Origin: Candidatus Nanohalarchaeota archaeon
Lineage (GTDB): Archaea > Nanohalarchaeota > Nanosalinia > Nanosalinales > JAFCCC01
DNA length: 64,000 nt
Direction: 5' to 3'
Assembly (NCBI GenBank): GCA_017610385.1
Contig: JAFCCC010000003.1
Span: forward strand, 5,919 to 69,918
The position numbers were made by a program, and so were the translations under genes. The notes below the pieces were generated by a model that had not been told where the DNA came from, did not search any database, and saw only the letters and a list, made by a program, of their open reading frames with translations. Shown one piece after another: positions 60,870 to 64,000 of the stretch. Numbering within the stretch: the stretch's first letter is position 1; every line of letters starts with the position of its first letter.

Positions 60870-62093
60870 ATGTCTCACATGAATAATCATTTCAAATATG
60901 CAAAAAATATTGAAGGAGTTCTAAAAAACTTCTCAGATTCTAAAGAATTTTCTATTAAAAATAAAATTGCGGTAAAAAAGTTTATCGATGACTGTTCTGC
61001 TAGAAATCTTAGCAATTCTCGGCTTATTAAATTAATTATGTGCCTACAAAAAATCCTAAGGCTAACCGAAGAAGATTTTGATCTTCTAGAAGCTAAAAAA
61101 GAAGATTTGAAGGACTTGGTACGGAGAATAAACACAGCAAATAAAGAAAATGGAGAACCTATTGCAGAGTCATATAAAATAGACCTGAAAGCCTGTCTTA
61201 AGCAGTTCTATAAGATAATGCAACCCACAGAGGATGAAGATTGTCCTTCTAAAGCCAAGTGGATTCCTACGACCTTAAAAAATAATTTGAAAACAATACC
61301 CCACCCCCTAACAAAAAATGATGTTGAAAAAATGATTGATGCTGCACAAAATGATAGAATGAGATGTATGATAAAATTATTAGATGAATCGGGCGTTAGA
61401 GTTGGAGAATTATTGGGAATGAGAATAAGAGATGTAGAATTTACAGATTCTGGTGTTAAGATTGAGGTTAATGGGAAAACCGGACCAAGAAAAATACTAG
61501 TTATTCAGAGTGAACGATATTTGAGAGTTTGGTTGTCACATCACCCATACAAAACTGAAAGAAATGCTCCTTTATGGGTTAAACTTGAGCAAAGATCAAA
61601 AAGAGGTGCAGAAGACAATAGAATTGAGTATGGCAGTTTCAGAGTATTATTACAAAGAATTGCTATACGTGCCGATGTTAGAACTTATAAACGAGATGGT
61701 AAAATTTTTACAGAAGTTCATCCGCATTTATTTCGACATACGGCCGCATCCAGACTTGCTACAGATCTTTCCGAATCTGTAATGAAAGAATACTTTGGGT
61801 GGAAACAAAGTAGCAACATGACTCAAATTTACATACATTTAAATGGGAAACAAGTGGATGCTGAAATTCTTAAGGCCAATGGAATAAAAATAAGTGAAAA
61901 TAAAGAAGAAATACAAGAATGTCCTAGATGTTTCAGAACAAATAAAAATGCGGAATTCTGTTCAAGATGTGGTATGCCTTTAACTCTTAAGGCTGCCAAT
62001 CAAAAAGAAGAAATTAAATCCGAAATTCAAAGTATTGTTTCAATTATGATTGAACACGGAATAACTAAAGAAGAACTAAACGAAGTATTATAA
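60870..62093 (+). CDS. tyrosine recombinase/integrase with C-terminal Zn ribbon (SNJ2-like)
   Basis: SGVRVGE (R), GKTG (K), HPHLFRH, FGW, YIH (Y); CPRC...FCSRCG. Confidence 0.93.
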   Translation: MSHMNNHFKYAKNIEGVLKNFSDSKEFSIKNKIAVKKFIDDCSARNLSNSRLIKLIMCLQKILRLTEEDFDLLEAKKEDLKDLVRRINTANKENGEPIAESYKIDLKACLKQFYKIMQPTEDEDCPSKAKWIPTTLKNNLKTIPHPLTKNDVEKMIDAAQNDRMRCMIKLLDESGVRVGELLGMRIRDVEFTDSGVKIEVNGKTGPRKILVIQSERYLRVWLSHHPYKTERNAPLWVKLEQRSKRGAEDNRIEYGSFRVLLQRIAIRADVRTYKRDGKIFTEVHPHLFRHTAASRLATDLSESVMKEYFGWKQSSNMTQIYIHLNGKQVDAEILKANGIKISENKEEIQECPRCFRTNKNAEFCSRCGMPLTLKAANQKEEIKSEIQSIVSIMIEHGITKEELNEVL

Positions 62094-62125
62094 TTTCCAG
62101 TTTAGAAACTTTTGGTATGTTTGTC

Positions 62126-63040
62126 TTATAGGAAAATATTTTTCGCTCTTTTAATAAATCTTAAACCTTGTTCTATATCCTCTATATCTTCAGCATGAGT
62201 ATAAAACCCCGCAAAAGTATAATTGTTCATTTTAGCTATTTTTAAGTTCTGCAAATTTATAAGAATTTGTTGGTTAATCGAAAGATTTTTATCATCTATT
62301 ATTGGAAGGTCATTAAGTATGAGAAATCTAAAGATCCCTTTTCCAAAGTAGTCTAGTAACAAAAGCAAATCTTCGTATCTAAAATTATTTAATCTATTCC
62401 TTAGGGCGCTCTTAAGAGTATTTTCTGTATGTTTTATGCGCCCCACATTAAAATGGTCCTTCAATGCGGAAGCACTCAGTATTTTGAGTTCTTTGAGAAG
62501 AAAACGGGTCCATTTTTGATAAGTCTTATCTTCTGAATAAATGGATGCCAAATATTTCCGTACTTTTTTCTCGTTTTTGGTATAAAACTCATCTAAAGTA
62601 TAGAATAAAGAAAGATTAAGTATGCCTTCTATGCTTGGAAGATGCCATTTTTCATTTAGAAATACACGCTTTAGGTCTTCATAATGAAAATAGGAAATAT
62701 GCCTTGCAAGAGTATTCGTAAAATCTTTTCTAAGAACATCATTGAACTTAGAATCTAAGAGTTTTCTCTCAATAAGTTTCTTGAGAAAATGATCATACAA
62801 CCCAGCGAAATTAATTTGAACAACTTTGCCTCTTGCATCGGCGCCTAAGGCGGTATTAGCTTTAAGGCCTGTTCGTATTGTAAATATATTCTTATTAAAA
62901 TCTGTTAAAACATCACGATTCCAACGAGAACTATTATAACTTGTAGATTTTCCATAAATTTTGGTTACCAATACGTCTTTAGTATGTGATTTCTCTAAAA
63001 CAATAAATATAGAAAGTTTCAAGGCATTTTCTGGAGTCAA
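62126..63040 (-). CDS. hypothetical protein of integrated element
   Basis: 304-aa ORF with TTG start. Confidence 0.6.
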   Translation of the reverse strand: MTPENALKLSIFIVLEKSHTKDVLVTKIYGKSTSYNSSRWNRDVLTDFNKNIFTIRTGLKANTALGADARGKVVQINFAGLYDHFLKKLIERKLLDSKFNDVLRKDFTNTLARHISYFHYEDLKRVFLNEKWHLPSIEGILNLSLFYTLDEFYTKNEKKVRKYLASIYSEDKTYQKWTRFLLKELKILSASALKDHFNVGRIKHTENTLKSALRNRLNNFRYEDLLLLLDYFGKGIFRFLILNDLPIIDDKNLSINQQILINLQNLKIAKMNNYTFAGFYTHAEDIEDIEQGLRFIKRAKNIFL

Positions 63041-63053
63041 GTACTATACACCG

Positions 63054-63078
63054 CATTTAACAGTTCAACTGTTAAATG
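63054..63078. promoter_or_regulatory. perfect 12-bp inverted repeat between divergent genes
   Basis: CATTTAACAGTT-C-AACTGTTAAATG. Confidence 0.6.
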
Positions 63079-63157
63079 AGTTCCAATCTTTATATCTTTT
63101 TCTATTGGGACCTTCAGAATTTAAGAAAGTCTAGATTCATAGGTAAATCAAGTTAAA

Positions 63158-63313
63158 ATGATTCAAAAAATTAATCTAGAACTTCAAGAACATGTAAAAA
63201 AATTGAAAGAATTAAACCCCTCGGAGGAACTTTATAGAACTCTTTCAAAATTAGAAAAAGATATATTGACCTGTGTTTTGAGAACTACAATGCAGGAGGT
63301 GTCTCCTCAATGA
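63158..63313 (+). CDS. small protein (51 aa, not in ORF track)
   Basis: MIQKINLELQEHVKKLKEL...; ATGA-coupled to the next gene, which has a GGAGGT RBS. Confidence 0.6.
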   Translation: MIQKINLELQEHVKKLKELNPSEELYRTLSKLEKDILTCVLRTTMQEVSPQ

Positions 63314-63513
63314 ATTCTGCATCTTTGTACTATAAAAACAAATTTAAACGTTCTAATGAGAAGAAAAACTATTTCGTTGGTCTCAAGGTTTCTAGAACCG
63401 AAAAAGAGATTGTGGAGCATCTTAAAATGCGTTTAGGCTACCATTCTTTATCTGAAACCGTCAGGGAACTCTGTCTTGAAAAAACATTTTCTATGCAAGA
63501 GGTAGTTAAATGA
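63310..63513 (+). CDS. ribbon-helix-helix (CopG-like) protein
   Basis: FVGLKVS.TEKE..E.L...GYHSLSETVRELC. Confidence 0.75.
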   Translation: MNSASLYYKNKFKRSNEKKNYFVGLKVSRTEKEIVEHLKMRLGYHSLSETVRELCLEKTFSMQEVVK

Positions 63514-64000
63514 AAAAAGAACTTAGTCCAAAAAAACAAATGCTTGAAGCATTTAAAGAACGCGCAATGAATTTGGGCCTCTTTGAAGAATTTAAATCAT
63601 TTCATTTGGGAAATCGTAGAAGAGAAGATTTATTATCTACAATCGAAAATGAAGAACTCAAGTCAAAGTTTGCAGAACTTCTTGATGATGCGAAAAAACA
63701 AGGTTTATATGTGAATATAGAAGAAAAAGCAGAAGAGGATTGGAATCGTAAAAAAACTAAAGTGCATGAAATTACACAAACTATTCTTGAAAATGCAGAA
63801 TTATTTCATGATCAAAATGGGGATGCGTACATTAGAGTAGAAATTAATAATCATAAAACTTCATTTCCTCTAAGAAGCAATAAATTTATGAATTGGGTTT
63901 CAAAATTTTTCTGGGATAATAAAAATGAAACTCTTAGTGGAGAACAAACCAAGATAGCAATAAACATTCTAGAAGCTCATGCAATTTTTGACGGAGAACA
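63510..64000 (+). CDS. partial ORF; primase/helicase-associated replication protein-like
   Basis: ELFHDQNGDAYI.V....HKTSFPLRS.KF.NW...LEAHAIFDG resembles the region preceding ATPase domains in plasmid/phage replication proteins; open to the window end. Confidence 0.55.
   Translation, partial: MKKELSPKKQMLEAFKERAMNLGLFEEFKSFHLGNRRREDLLSTIENEELKSKFAELLDDAKKQGLYVNIEEKAEEDWNRKKTKVHEITQTILENAELFHDQNGDAYIRVEINNHKTSFPLRSNKFMNWVSKFFWDNKNETLSGEQTKIAINILEAHAIFDGE

Larger units (their letters stand above)
60806..64000. mobile_element. left end of an integrated element (provirus/plasmid-like)
   Basis: integrase, divergent gene pair with palindrome, RHH protein, replication-like ORF; tRNA-3'-like fragment at the boundary. 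Confidence 0.75.

Overview
AT-rich (roughly 30% GC by eye) archaeal genome segment. Gene content and style (SRP54, RFC, thermosome, exosome superoperon, aCPSF1, class I CCA enzyme, FtsZ2/SepF, Tad-like pilus locus, multi-intron tRNAs) point to a DPANN-type archaeon; the taxonomy is inferred. Most of the window is housekeeping. It holds five tRNA genes, three of them with two BHB introns each, including a rare tRNA-Ile(UAU). It also holds a NUDIX pseudogene and the left end of an integrated element (tyrosine integrase, RHH protein, replication-like ORF). Four signals are not explained by the ORF track. (1) A dispersed, modular family of hairpin elements lies behind tRNA genes, probably inside the long tRNA-Gly introns, and in a mosaic upstream of the exosome operon; one module shows compensatory base changes between copies. 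(2) A tandem pair of divergent orphan cassettes abuts the 3' end of a NusA-like gene and has left a synonymously diverged displaced gene tail. (3) A GCAYTAC motif recurs next to TATA boxes of orphan genes. (4) A uORF with A-B-A' alternative hairpins sits over the rfcS start codon. All alignments, counts and folds were done by eye.
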